In this document: positions 47,630 to 59,100 of the stretch, in pieces | Layout: every line of letters begins with the position of its first letter | Position numbering within the stretch: the first letter of the stretch is position 1 | Virus record (IMG/VR): IMGVR_UViG_3300008624_000005 | Location: 1 to 64,000 of that record | Source: a virus | Lineage: Duplodnaviria; Caudoviricetes | Strand: one strand, 5' to 3' | DNA: 64,000 bases | Notes under the pieces: model-generated | What the model saw: only the letters and a program-made list of their open reading frames with translations | The model's database searches: none | What the model was told of the DNA's origin: nothing | Program-made: the position numbers and the translations under genes

Positions 47630-50600
47630 TGTACTTCCTCTAGCATTATTTTATATCGCTTCCCATTATTTCTATTTATTAAGTACATACTTTCCTCACC
47701 TTCTTGCATAACCCACGAACCTTTAGTTCCGTCTACTTCGTTACCAGATCTATCTGGTTTATCATTACTCATTATTAAGTCAGCAGTACTAATGTCATTG
47801 CATGTTATGTCTTGGCAACTAAGATCACCTGTAGTTGTTATATCGCCTGCATACATGTGAAAATGCCCATCTCTGTCAATTTTAAATTTATCTGCAACAT
47901 TTCCTAAATTATGTTGTGTACCAAATACTAAATCCATACTATCTGCTAAACTAATAGAACGAATTGCTTTTATGTATGCTCCCACTCCGGCATCATGTTT
48001 AAACTGCATTTGAACAGTTCTTTCAGCAGTATCATCTCCGGTGTTTTCCATTATTATATCTAAATCTGTAGTTTTTGTTATATTAACATCACCACCATCA
48101 ACATCTAACAGTACTCCTGGTGTTGCTGTTCCTATACCTACTCTATTATTAACAGCATCAATATGAAACGTAGGTGAATCCCAGGAACTATCTACATATG
48201 TTTTAACTGCTTTTTGGGATGGAACAAGAGTATCACTATTTGCCGCAAATGTTCCGTCTGTATCTATTGCTGATCCGGTAATACTTGTATTAACTGTGAC
48301 CGTATCCATTATTGGTGAATTAATAGTAGGACTTGTTAATGTTTTAAGTGTTAATGTTTGGGTATCATCAAGGGTTACAACCGTTGCATCAATTGCAACT
48401 GTTAATGTATTAACTGCTCCGCTTGTATCGATACCTGTACCACCTGCTATTGTTAATGTTTCAGAATTTAATAAAATTTCTAACGATCCAGAATCACTAT
48501 AAACAGGAAGGGCACTTGCAGTTAATGCTTGTTCAGGTATAGTATTCGAAACAAAATGTGGGTTACCATTTTTAAAATAAAATATACCGCCTGTTGTTGG
48601 AGCAGTTGGAGAAGTAATATTAGCATAATCTGTTTCTAAATGTATACCTGTTTGAGTAGTTAATATACCACCTGCAGGAATATATAAAGGTCTATATGCA
48701 CCATCTTGTACAATTAAAGGATCCGAAGGATTTGATTCTTGTTGGTTTATATGAAGTAATGCTGTCGGAGCACTTATACCTATACCTACACGACCTTCTC
48801 CATAATATGTAGATCCTGCAACTGAACCTATGTTCCAACCAGATCGCATATCCTTTATTTTAAACTTTGCAGAAGAATTATCCCAAACTAACGACCAATC
48901 ATTATTTCCTATACCTAATGTACCAGTTTCAACATCGGCTAAATTAGTTAAATTTTCTGCTGTTATATTTGCCAAATATCCTGCACTAGCATGGTTTCCC
49001 CATCCGTATGCAACAACACCTTGTTGAGCATCTTGGCTTACTTGTGGATCTAATATTATTGTTCCTGTAGATATTATAGTAGAACCGCCACCTTGAAGTT
49101 GTAACCCTGTGCCAACCGATACTCCGGTTAATGGTGTTACCCATTGTAATAAACTACCGGTTGTACTTAAAAACTGGCCTGCTGTTCCACTATTGCTTAT
49201 ATTCAATTCTTGTATACCGACGTTTGCCGCAGGTAAATTTAATTTTCCACTAGTAACTGTTAATGTTACATCTTCACCTGCTGTAATTTGAGCCGCAGTT
49301 CCTAACGTTATTTTTTCTACTTCTAATCCTTGGGAGGTTGCAGTTAAGGTAATTGGATTTCCTCCACCAAACCTAATACTTGATGGTACTTGTAAAGTTC
49401 CTGCATCATCTGTTAAATTTATAGATCCTAAATCTAATGTATTTGTGTATACAGTATCCCATATTTTAGAACTAGATCCTATATCATATGTAGACGTAAC
49501 AGAAGGTAAAACATGTTCAGTAAGGGATCCTACTGCAACAGACCAAGTTAATTTTTTATCTTCCACAGTATTGTCTGTTACTATACTAACACCCGATCCT
49601 GCAACAAATTCTAATTCCCTTGTAGAATCTATAGAAATAGTAGGTTGACCACTAACAGATACTGTAGTAAGATAGTCTCCAAATCCTACTTTTAATACAC
49701 CCGGACTTGTTTCTGTCATAGTAAATCCTGATGCAACATTAAATTCTACACTAGAAGCATTTGTAAATGTTTGGTTATTATATTTAAAATCTGCTGATGA
49801 AGGAGATATCCAAATAAAACCTCCTGAAGATCCTAATCCTAATACTTGCCCTGTTGTTCCGGATCCACCTATATCCATTTCTGGTATGCCAACAGCATTT
49901 GGTGATATTGAACTAGCAGTAGAAAATGTTGCTCCCATAAATCTTACTTTTACAAGAGCATTATATGCCGGAGGACTTGTAAATGTTAATGTTGTTCCTG
50001 TTACGGAATAAGCATTGTCTGCTCCAGGTGTTTGAATTACACCATCTACTGTTACTAATAATTGATTAGGTGTACTTGCTAATTGTGATAACGTATATGT
50101 CGTTGTTGAAGCATCTCCATAAAAAGTATCTATGTAATATGTGCTTGCTGACAATTTTGCAGGAGTTATACTACCATCTTGCACAATGGTTTGTACTGTA
50201 TCCATATTAAGAAAAGTAACAGATATTTCTAAATTGACTGGTATATTTTCTGGAAATACAAGTTTTGCCGGACTAGTACCTACAATAGTATAGGTTGATG
50301 GTGCTTGATATAAACTATCAACATGAACAAGAACATCAACAGGCTGAGTAGGAACTCTTGATAAATCAAATTCTTTTGTATTCCCATCAGCAGTAAAAGT
50401 GTCAACTGATAAATTTGCTTGAGTAGTCGAAGCAATAGTTATTTTTCCATTTGTAGGATCGGTTGTTAATTGAATGCCAGCACCAGATACCATTTCAAGA
50501 TCACCTGATTCAGGTATTGTTAAATCTGTTTGTCCTGAAACTTTAATAGTATCTAAAAGAGTGCCTTCAGTAGGAACAAATTTTGTTAAAACACTATCCC

Positions 50601-50895
50601 ATTTAAGTAAATTACCATCTTGTAATCCTGATTCGTCTATATCACTTAAATCTAATAATGCTCCGCCTCCTAAAGATCCCCAAATTGATTGAGTAGAATT
50701 ATTAGGATCTTTTGAATATCCTTCAAACTTACCTGTTGTTGCGTTATATCGTATAACACCTTCAGAAGGAGTAGTTGGGCGTTCAGCAGTTGAACCAGTA
50801 GGTATAGATAACCCTTCTACTCCAGTAAATGTAGCATTTCCCTTAATAGTTGGGTTTGTTGCAAATGTTTTTCCTGTTACTACTGTTCTACTCAT
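47626..50895 (-). CDS. Tail fibre protein
   Basis: IPTGSTAERP..EGVIRYNATTGKFEGY, D.F.GD..T..F.L repeats, RVGIGT.TP, conserved C-terminal DGTKGSWVMQEGE domain. Confidence 0.85.
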   Translation of the reverse strand: MSRTVVTGKTFATNPTIKGNATFTGVEGLSIPTGSTAERPTTPSEGVIRYNATTGKFEGYSKDPNNSTQSIWGSLGGGALLDLSDIDESGLQDGNLLKWDSVLTKFVPTEGTLLDTIKVSGQTDLTIPESGDLEMVSGAGIQLTTDPTNGKITIASTTQANLSVDTFTADGNTKEFDLSRVPTQPVDVLVHVDSLYQAPSTYTIVGTSPAKLVFPENIPVNLEISVTFLNMDTVQTIVQDGSITPAKLSASTYYIDTFYGDASTTTYTLSQLASTPNQLLVTVDGVIQTPGADNAYSVTGTTLTFTSPPAYNALVKVRFMGATFSTASSISPNAVGIPEMDIGGSGTTGQVLGLGSSGGFIWISPSSADFKYNNQTFTNASSVEFNVASGFTMTETSPGVLKVGFGDYLTTVSVSGQPTISIDSTRELEFVAGSGVSIVTDNTVEDKKLTWSVAVGSLTEHVLPSVTSTYDIGSSSKIWDTVYTNTLDLGSINLTDDAGTLQVPSSIRFGGGNPITLTATSQGLEVEKITLGTAAQITAGEDVTLTVTSGKLNLPAANVGIQELNISNSGTAGQFLSTTGSLLQWVTPLTGVSVGTGLQLQGGGSTIISTGTIILDPQVSQDAQQGVVAYGWGNHASAGYLANITAENLTNLADVETGTLGIGNNDWSLVWDNSSAKFKIKDMRSGWNIGSVAGSTYYGEGRVGIGISAPTALLHINQQESNPSDPLIVQDGAYRPLYIPAGGILTTQTGIHLETDYANITSPTAPTTGGIFYFKNGNPHFVSNTIPEQALTASALPVYSDSGSLEILLNSETLTIAGGTGIDTSGAVNTLTVAIDATVVTLDDTQTLTLKTLTSPTINSPIMDTVTVNTSITGSAIDTDGTFAANSDTLVPSQKAVKTYVDSSWDSPTFHIDAVNNRVGIGTATPGVLLDVDGGDVNITKTTDLDIIMENTGDDTAERTVQMQFKHDAGVGAYIKAIRSISLADSMDLVFGTQHNLGNVADKFKIDRDGHFHMYAGDITTTGDLSCQDITCNDISTADLIMSNDKPDRSGNEVDGTKGSWVMQEGEESMYLINRNNGKRYKIMLEEVQ

Positions 50896-50907
50896 TTAAA
50901 TAGTCTC

Positions 50908-53766
50908 CTATAATGCTGTTACATCTTTAACTACAATTATACCATGCATGGGGGCATGAGCCGTACATTGATAAATGTAATTACCGCTTATTACTTGAGG
51001 TACTGTCCAAAATAATGTACCATCAATTTTTCCTTGGGCACTTGAACCATATGACCAAACATTAGACGTACTAAGATGCCTTAACCCTGTATCATATGCA
51101 TTAGTTGTGTTTCCTGTAACACCTTCACCTGCGGCTGTTTTTATAACAAATCCGTGGCCCGAACAATCTAATGCAAATGCATATGTATGGCCGCCTATAA
51201 CATATATTGTAGGACTTACTGCCGCACTTCCACCTAAGTCATTTCCTGTTACCGCAATTGTATCAATTGCAAAATATGTATTTGATATTACATAATCATA
51301 CACTGGCGTTTGAACAAAAAATGTTCTTGCCGCGGCACGTCTTGACTCATATGCGGCTTCAGCCGCCGCAAAAGTTACAGTATCATTAGTGGAATTTGTT
51401 GTAATGGTTATTCCTGTACCTTCAACTAAAGTTACTGTATCACCTGGTTGATCAGCAGTAAGAGAATTTTGTCCAGATACTGCAATATTTTTATATGTAT
51501 CTTGTGTTACTGATGACGCCGCAATTGTTAATGTATCGGTTGTGGAATCTGGTGTAATTGTAACATTAGAACCACCCACAAATGTTAAAGTATCTGTAGC
51601 CGAATCTGCTGTTATTGTGCTACCACCTGATACTGCAATTGAAGTAAATGCTGTTGTTGCTTGGGCAGAATTAGTAATTGTTATACTATCGGCACTATCG
51701 TCGGTTGCGATTGCAATACCTGTTCCTGCAATTACTGTTAATGTATCACCTGTTACAGATCCATTATCAGCAACGACATCATTTTGTCCTTGAACACTAA
51801 CTGTTCCAAAAGCAGTAGTAGGAGTTTGGTTACCACCACCTGATGCAGTAGAATTAATTGTTAAAGTTTGAGCGGCCGCATCGGTTGTTATTGTGACATT
51901 AGTTCCTGCAACAAATTCTAAAGTATCTTCTGAGCCTACCGCAACAACATTGTCTTGTCCTGAAACAGAAATCGTTTTAAAAACATCTGTACTTAAAGAA
52001 GAATCAATAGTAAGAACATCACCAGCAATACTAGTTGTAATATTAGTACCACCAGTAACAGTTAATACGTCTGTCGAACTGTTTGCTGTTACTGTTCCAG
52101 TATCTGCATTTAGGGTTGCCCATAAATCTTGAGTGGTTCCTCCGCCACCGCCACTACCGCCGGTGTTTGTAATTGTAATAGTATTTCCTGCTCTTGTAGT
52201 ATCTATACCAGTACCACCAGCAATAGTAAGTTCATCTGTTACACTTGTTGCTTCTGCTGATCCTCCCGAATCTGCTGTAACTTTATAATATACACCTGAT
52301 GGAACTTCAGTCGATTTTGCTACTTTAATCCATTCTCCACTATTACTAGTTGCAGAATAATATAATTCATTATTTGCTACACCTACGCAACCCGGATAAG
52401 TTGCCGCATCAATTGCACTTTCTAATCCGCTTTTTAATGAAAAGTTATTTTTAAATTTTGCATTATGCGGAACTAAAAAATCACCATTAACAGTTAATCC
52501 TGTTGCTACTTCTGTTCCTGTAGTTTTTATTATTAAAACACTTGTGTCATGATTTTTAAAATCAAATAAAGGTCTTGTTGTAATTGCTTCTGGCGTACCA
52601 TACGAATAATCTACTACTTCTCCGCCTTTTCTAACTATGAAATCCATCATAGAAGTAGTACCAGTATCCTTTGCTGTAGGAACTTCACCGATAACACTCA
52701 TACTAGCAAGAGTTGTACTAGATTCTACTCCTCCTCTAACAGTAGGAGCCAACGTTGCTGTTGTTGTAGATCCGCTTGACATTTCTACAAAATCATTGGT
52801 AGCATCTGAAATTGTACCTCTAAAAAATATTTCTCGATTAGTACTAGCAGGATGATTTATTTGAATTTTACTACCAAAGGATAATTGATTTTGAAATATT
52901 ACATCTCCTCCAAATGTAATATCTCCGGCCAAGGTATAATTACCTGTATTTTTAACGTAACCAGGTTCAATTGAAAATACGTTATTGTTTAAGTCTAATC
53001 CGGTACCTGGAGTATATGCCAAATCTGGAGCATCAATTGTAATTTCATTAGCATTTTGTGTTAATGTAATATTAGTACCTTGTTTGATACTTCTAAATTG
53101 TAAATCACCTGTAGTATTATCTTTAGCAAAAAATACTTGTACTTCACCTGCACCTCTATTAGATGCTAAGTTTGATTCGCCTGTATTTTCTACAAATTCT
53201 AATGCGGTTTCGCCTGTGTTAACTCTTAACCATTTATGTTGTTCGCCTGTATAATTACTTGGAGTATCTGTAAGTCCGGTAAAATCAGAGGAACCGCCTC
53301 CTCCGCCACCACCTCCAGTAGGCATATCTACTGGTTTATATTGTTGTGCATTAGATTGGTATTGGAGTATTTGTCCATCAGTAATGCCCGAATCATCTAC
53401 ATTTAATAAATTAGTAAGATTCTGAGTTGTTATATTTTTTAAGTAACTTTCTAATGAATGATCACCCCAAGAGTAAGCAGTTTGTGCATTTGTAAGAGTT
53501 GTTTGTGTACTAGCATCTAATGCTATTGTACCAGAAGCAGTTATTGGGCCGCCATCTATTCCTGTACCAGTATCAATCTGGGTAACAGTACCTGTTCCAG
53601 TACCTACAAATTCGCTATGTAACAGTATTCGGTGTCCTCCTATAGTGGCTCCGTCATGTACTCTTAATGTGTTTAGGTCAGTATCTACTGTTACTTCGCC
53701 TTGAGCTCCTGTAAATGAAGCATGTTGAGTAGTACTTCCTCTTCTAAATTTTACTTCTGTACTCAT
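50908..53766 (-). CDS. Fibre protein: Mtd_N-like N-terminus, F..I.VSGQ repeats, C-terminal cupredoxin
   Basis: VKFRRGSTTQHASFTGAQGEVTVDTD..LRVHDG; C-terminal GHGF...YQCTAHAPMHG. Confidence 0.85.
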   Translation of the reverse strand: MSTEVKFRRGSTTQHASFTGAQGEVTVDTDLNTLRVHDGATIGGHRILLHSEFVGTGTGTVTQIDTGTGIDGGPITASGTIALDASTQTTLTNAQTAYSWGDHSLESYLKNITTQNLTNLLNVDDSGITDGQILQYQSNAQQYKPVDMPTGGGGGGGGSSDFTGLTDTPSNYTGEQHKWLRVNTGETALEFVENTGESNLASNRGAGEVQVFFAKDNTTGDLQFRSIKQGTNITLTQNANEITIDAPDLAYTPGTGLDLNNNVFSIEPGYVKNTGNYTLAGDITFGGDVIFQNQLSFGSKIQINHPASTNREIFFRGTISDATNDFVEMSSGSTTTATLAPTVRGGVESSTTLASMSVIGEVPTAKDTGTTSMMDFIVRKGGEVVDYSYGTPEAITTRPLFDFKNHDTSVLIIKTTGTEVATGLTVNGDFLVPHNAKFKNNFSLKSGLESAIDAATYPGCVGVANNELYYSATSNSGEWIKVAKSTEVPSGVYYKVTADSGGSAEATSVTDELTIAGGTGIDTTRAGNTITITNTGGSGGGGGTTQDLWATLNADTGTVTANSSTDVLTVTGGTNITTSIAGDVLTIDSSLSTDVFKTISVSGQDNVVAVGSEDTLEFVAGTNVTITTDAAAQTLTINSTASGGGNQTPTTAFGTVSVQGQNDVVADNGSVTGDTLTVIAGTGIAIATDDSADSITITNSAQATTAFTSIAVSGGSTITADSATDTLTFVGGSNVTITPDSTTDTLTIAASSVTQDTYKNIAVSGQNSLTADQPGDTVTLVEGTGITITTNSTNDTVTFAAAEAAYESRRAAARTFFVQTPVYDYVISNTYFAIDTIAVTGNDLGGSAAVSPTIYVIGGHTYAFALDCSGHGFVIKTAAGEGVTGNTTNAYDTGLRHLSTSNVWSYGSSAQGKIDGTLFWTVPQVISGNYIYQCTAHAPMHGIIVVKDVTAL

Positions 53767-53775
53767 TTTGTTTCC

Positions 53776-55800
53776 TTATGCAACTGTTTGCCCTGCAAGT
53801 TTATAAATTTTACCTGTTCCTGTAGGAGCATATGATAATCGTGTTATAATATATAATTCTTTATTAATATCTTCTCCAAACCCTGTAATAAATTCGGTAC
53901 CAACATCTATTGCTATAGGGTTTAATTGATTTATTTGATACATATCTGGTACTGGTTCCTTTAAGTAATATAATTTTCCCGAAGGATTGTTCCAATCTGT
54001 AGTCCAATCAGCAAAAACATATTTTCCAACTAATTCTGTACAAGTGGCTCCCCTATAAACAACCCCACCTATAACTGATAGTCCATTAATTGCTCCGCCT
54101 GAATGTGTGTATGATGCAACAGGATTTTCAAAACCATTCATAAATGTATTAACATCTGTACCTGCGGCAGTAGCAAGAGCAATACCATGATCTAAATCAT
54201 ATACATTATCTCCTTCTTTTACACTCCATCCATAGTTTTTACCATTTTTAACAATATTAATTTCTTCTATAGTATTTTGTCCTACATCCCCTGTCCAACA
54301 TTTTCCTGTAGTTTGATCTACACTGAGTCCGTATGGATTTCTAAATCCATAAGCGAATATTTCTTCTTTATAAGTAGAATGATCTTTGTATGGATTATCT
54401 GTTGGTATAGCATAATTTGTATATGCTGATGAACCTATATCTACATTTATTCTTAAAACTTTTCCTAATAAATTAGTTCTGTCTTGAGCTAAATGATCTG
54501 GATCACCTTGCCCTCCGCCGTCGCCTGTTCCAATATACAAAAACCCATCGGGCCCAAAAGTTATGGCGCCTCCATTATGGTTACTTGCAGGTTGATCAAA
54601 TTGTAAAATAATTACCTCAGTACTAATATCTACTGTATCATCATTTGCAGGATCGGTAACTGTATACCTAGCCAATATAGATTCGTGATCAATTCCTGCA
54701 CCCGATTTTGCTTTAGAATAATAAACAAAAACCCAACCATTAGTATTATAACTAGGATGAAACGCTAATCCTAGTAAACCTCGTTCATCATAAGATGTAC
54801 TTAAAGATTGTATAGTTGATGATAAATCTAAAAATGGAGTTGACAAAATGGTAGAACCTTTGTATACTTTAATTTTACCTGATTGTTCTGCAATGAATAA
54901 TCTTTCATCATGACCTGTATTTGTTAATACAACAGGCCCTTCTAATCCAGTAGTATGATCTAAAAATACATTTAAATTAACTGCCGTGTCATCTGAAATA
55001 AATCCGTTATCTTGTTCTGCCTCGTGGGCCACTAAATCACCAAAATCTACAGGAATTAATCCGTAATCTGTTTTATTAAGGGTATAATCAGGTGTTCGTA
55101 TTTTTATTTGGTTTGTGCCTTCTTCGCTAATAACAATACCATCACCTGCTAGTAATCTTTTAAATTCTAAATTAACATTACTTTTTTGTTTAAATATACC
55201 TATGCCTTCTGTATTTGTGCCGGCATTGCTTGCACTATTTGCTTCGCCACCTACTGCTCCTGGAGCAGTTTGCCATGTTAATGTTCCTGTGCCATCTGTC
55301 ATTAAAAATTGACCAGATGTTCCAGCGGATGAAGGAAATGCTAATTCATTTAATTTTAACGCACCACCTGCTCCTACTTCTATTTTTAAATCGGTGTTTA
55401 ATGCAGATATAATTTTCTTTTCATTTAAATTTAAATCTCCCCCTAATACAGGAGTAGCATCATTTTGAACGGCAGTAAATTGTTCTGTGTAAGCCAATGT
55501 TTGACTTGAACCAGGTATTGCCCTATATACTACAACGGCTGTTTCGCCTGCTTCTAATGATGAACTAAATGCAATTTGTGTTCCACTTGCTAAATTTGTT
55601 ACACTATAATCAACTCCTGGCTTTTGTGTAACACCATCTATTGTTACATCTAGTGCCGCAACATCTTTAGGAGAACCTGTTGTCAAGGTAAACGAAGTAC
55701 CTGGGCCAGTAAATGTATCATACTGAAAGTCAGGTATATTTTGTATATCATCGTAATCAACTGCGGCTAAAACCGCTTCATATCGTTGACCATAGTACAT
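53776..55800 (-). CDS. Fibre-module protein fused to glucose/sorbosone dehydrogenase-like (PQQ family) beta-propeller
   Basis: LFIAEQSG, ERGLLGLAFHP, NHNGGAITFGPDGFLYIGTGDGG, GKVLRI, AYGFRNPY, GDVGQ..EEIN, NYGW, FGED; N-terminal fibre motifs (VTIDGVTQKP, TPVLGGDLNLN, GTSGQFLMTDG). Confidence 0.9.
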   Translation of the reverse strand: MYYGQRYEAVLAAVDYDDIQNIPDFQYDTFTGPGTSFTLTTGSPKDVAALDVTIDGVTQKPGVDYSVTNLASGTQIAFSSSLEAGETAVVVYRAIPGSSQTLAYTEQFTAVQNDATPVLGGDLNLNEKKIISALNTDLKIEVGAGGALKLNELAFPSSAGTSGQFLMTDGTGTLTWQTAPGAVGGEANSASNAGTNTEGIGIFKQKSNVNLEFKRLLAGDGIVISEEGTNQIKIRTPDYTLNKTDYGLIPVDFGDLVAHEAEQDNGFISDDTAVNLNVFLDHTTGLEGPVVLTNTGHDERLFIAEQSGKIKVYKGSTILSTPFLDLSSTIQSLSTSYDERGLLGLAFHPSYNTNGWVFVYYSKAKSGAGIDHESILARYTVTDPANDDTVDISTEVIILQFDQPASNHNGGAITFGPDGFLYIGTGDGGGQGDPDHLAQDRTNLLGKVLRINVDIGSSAYTNYAIPTDNPYKDHSTYKEEIFAYGFRNPYGLSVDQTTGKCWTGDVGQNTIEEINIVKNGKNYGWSVKEGDNVYDLDHGIALATAAGTDVNTFMNGFENPVASYTHSGGAINGLSVIGGVVYRGATCTELVGKYVFADWTTDWNNPSGKLYYLKEPVPDMYQINQLNPIAIDVGTEFITGFGEDINKELYIITRLSYAPTGTGKIYKLAGQTVA

Positions 55801-56132
55801 TAACTTCTCTCCAAAACACTTGCAAATATTTCACAATCTGTATGTGTAGCCGCAACTTTTAATGCGTCATCTGCTTCTAAGTTAATTGGCTTATCCAAAC
55901 TCAATGTTGTATTCGGTGGTATAGGTACTTTAGATAATACTATGTTATCTGAAGTAGCACTATTATCATACACTTTTAATGTAATTTGTACATTAGAAGT
56001 AGCATGTTTATTAGCAATATACAAACCATGAATAATTGCCGCGACTTGGTTTGCCGCATTTGCTGTATACATTGTTTCGTCGGTATCTGCCGCCGAAATT
56101 GTATGACTTGCATTTTTAAATGAACTTGCCAT
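55800..56132 (-). CDS. Small virion structural protein
   Basis: MASSFKN..MYT..IIHGLYIAN..VPIPPNTTL..KPINLEADD.LKV; family common beside marine phage fibres. Confidence 0.7.
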   Translation of the reverse strand: MASSFKNASHTISAADTDETMYTANAANQVAAIIHGLYIANKHATSNVQITLKVYDNSATSDNIVLSKVPIPPNTTLSLDKPINLEADDALKVAATHTDCEIFASVLERS

Positions 56133-56142
56133 ATTTTATCCG

Positions 56143-59100
56143 TTATGCGAATGCAATAGCAAAAGCAATTGCATCGTCTTCTTCTATATAAGCACTTCCG
56201 CCAGGTCCACTAACTGCTAAGTTACCTATCTGTATATTGTTGCCTTGTTGTATTACAGAAATACCTGTTCCTGCTGAAATAGAATGAAATTCTAAATCTA
56301 CACCTGTTTTTTGTTTAAATACTCCAGTTCCTGTCCCAACATTAGATACAGTATTTGCTTCACCAGTAGAGGTATCAGGGGCAACACCTGGTTCCCATTT
56401 ACTAGTTACTGAGTTCCATATTAATACATCATTATTTGCTGGAGCATTTGCATAATCTACATCAGCAAGGTCACTTGCATTTTTAGATCCAAAATTTGTA
56501 TCAACACGAGCCTCAGTATAATATTTATTTGTACTTCCTTCTATAACATTGTCTGTACTAATAGTTCCGCCAACTGTATAATTTGTTAAATCAGCTTCTC
56601 CAAGGTATCCTAATGCGGTTTTATTAGTAAATCCTATCGCGGCATTTGTTTCATCTACTGTTAATAAAAATGTATCTGATCCTGCAAAAGAAGCAGGAGT
56701 ATCTGTTAACTCTAAAAATGTAGTAGTAGGTGGTTCTACAAATTCTAAATCAGCACCTGTTGCGGCAACTCTTAAATATTTTCCTGTTTGCCCGCTCATT
56801 GTACTAGGTGTATCAGTAAGCCCTGCAAAGGTTGTAATATCGTCGGGGGCATCAACAAACTCCAATGCCGTGCCACCTGTATTAACTTTTATATATTTTC
56901 CAGCATCTCCGGTTGAAATACCTGGTGTATCTTGTAATGCAGAAAATGTATCAACTTGAACTGGAGGATTAACAAACTCTAATCCTGTTTCATTTGCTTT
57001 AATTGCAATATACTTTCCACCTTCATTTGCCATAGTACTAGGTGTATCGTCTAAATTAATAAAAGTCTTATCTGTAAAAATAAGACCCGTGGCACCCGAA
57101 TTAACTGTTACTAATTTACCTTCGTTAGTTGAGTAAGTATTAGGTAAAACATCATTTAAATTAATAAAATCTGTAATAGTTGTAGGAACATCTGTAAATT
57201 GTAATCCGGTTGCTCCGCTATTAACAATTAACATTTTTCCTACGTTACCAGAAAATGTTGGAGGAGTATCTGTTTGCCCAATAAATGTTGGATTACCATC
57301 TATAGTTACTGTAACGTTATCGCCTACTGCTGACGCATTTACTCCATCACCAACAAAATCTAAATAACCGACTTCATATGTTAATGTAGTTCCTTCATTT
57401 CTAATGCTTACTTTAGGATAATCAGACCAAATAAATTTATTATTTGCAAAATCATATTGTAAAAATTTATCGTCATCGCCTTGTACTGGAGTATCAACAT
57501 CAATTATTTGTCCTAAAGTTAATGCTTTCCATTTATATGAATTAGTTCCATAATCATAATATAATACTTTTTCATCGTCTGCTTGTATTGATCCTGCTAC
57601 ATCTAACAATTGGGTTAGTGTGTAATCACGAAATTTAAACGAGGTAGTTGCATGATTATAATATGCTATTTGTTGATCATTAGTGGAAGTCAGAGCATCT
57701 ACATCTTCTAAATTTTTAAGTTCATAGGCTTTCCACTTAAACGATGTTGACGGATGATCATAATATAAAAAATTAGTATCATTGCTTCCTGAAACAGGAG
57801 CAACATCATATAAATCAGTAAAATTTTCTTGTGTTACATTTTGTAAAAATGTTTGGTTTATAAATTCTAAACCTGTACCATCATTTTTAACTTTTACAAA
57901 ATATCCTGCCGAACCTGTATAATTTGCCGGAGTATCAGTTAAATCTATAAACTCATCAGGTACACTTACATCAGCAAATTCAAGTGACGTTTCATTAGTA
58001 GCAACTTTAACAAACTTTCCTGCTTGGCTAGTGTAAGTACTAGGGGTATCAGTTAAACCTGTAAAAACGGTTGCACCTGTTGCTGATTTATCATCTAATA
58101 CCCAAGTACCATTTAAATATGAAATAATTTTACCATTGGATACACCAGTAACATTTACATCTGTTAATCCTGCTAATGTATTAGATCCTGTATCTAATTG
58201 TGGAGTAAATTTTGTACCATCATATTTTAAAACTTGATTAAGAACAGGAGTTGTTGTGGTTGTATCTACATCTGTTAAATCATCTAATACAGTAGGTATA
58301 GATAATGTCGAATTTACCCATTTATTAGTAGTACCTGCAACCCAACGTAATACCTGATCAACTGTTGGCGAAGTTGTTGATGTATCTACATCTGTTAAAT
58401 CATCAATACTAGCAGGAACAACGGTAAGTTCTTCTTTCCATTTTTGAGCAATTGAATTCCATCTTAAAAAATATCCATTAGTACTAACATTTAACGCCGA
58501 AGTATCAACATCTCGTATATCAGTTAAATCATCATCATCCTTATCAAAATAATTTTGGGTTGCATGATTAGTCCAAGCATGGGCGGCATCCCAATTAGTA
58601 ATTTTTTGTTGGGTTATTCCAGACGAAACATGAGCACCAAATACAGGATCAGTTTCTGTATAAGTTTTTAGGTATCCTTCAACACTATGATCTCCCCATC
58701 CGTGGGCTGTGTCCCAATCGGTAATTTTTGCAGTAGTAATATTACCTGCAGGTGAAGCAAGGAATACAGGATCTTGTTCGTCTAATGGTGTGTATGTAAA
58801 AACACCTGTTGTATTATCATACGTTAATGTTGATGTTGCATTTGCTGTTGCATTTGTTACAGATAAATCTGTTAAATCTACAGTACCTGATGATCCCCAT
58901 TCTAATGTCGAACCTGTCGAAGGGAATCGTAATACTTGTCCTGCCGCACCAATAACACCTGGTATTGTATATTTGCCATCAACAACAATATTGTTATTAT
59001 TATCTACAATTTCATTTGTTATTGTTAATGTTTTTTGTTGCCATGTAATTGTTGCTCCGGACCCATCACCTGATCCGTTTGTATCTTGATTGAAATCATA

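Noticed and set aside
40665-47815. Diversity-generating retroelement (template/variable repeat pair) suggested by the duplicated fibre tip and Mtd_N-like domain
   Set aside because: Differences are mostly synonymous and not adenine-specific, both copies are coding, and no reverse transcriptase is present in the window
56650-58500. CRISPR-like or non-coding repeat array
   Set aside because: Repeats are degenerate at DNA level, in frame and explained by protein repeats; no constant repeat-spacer pattern
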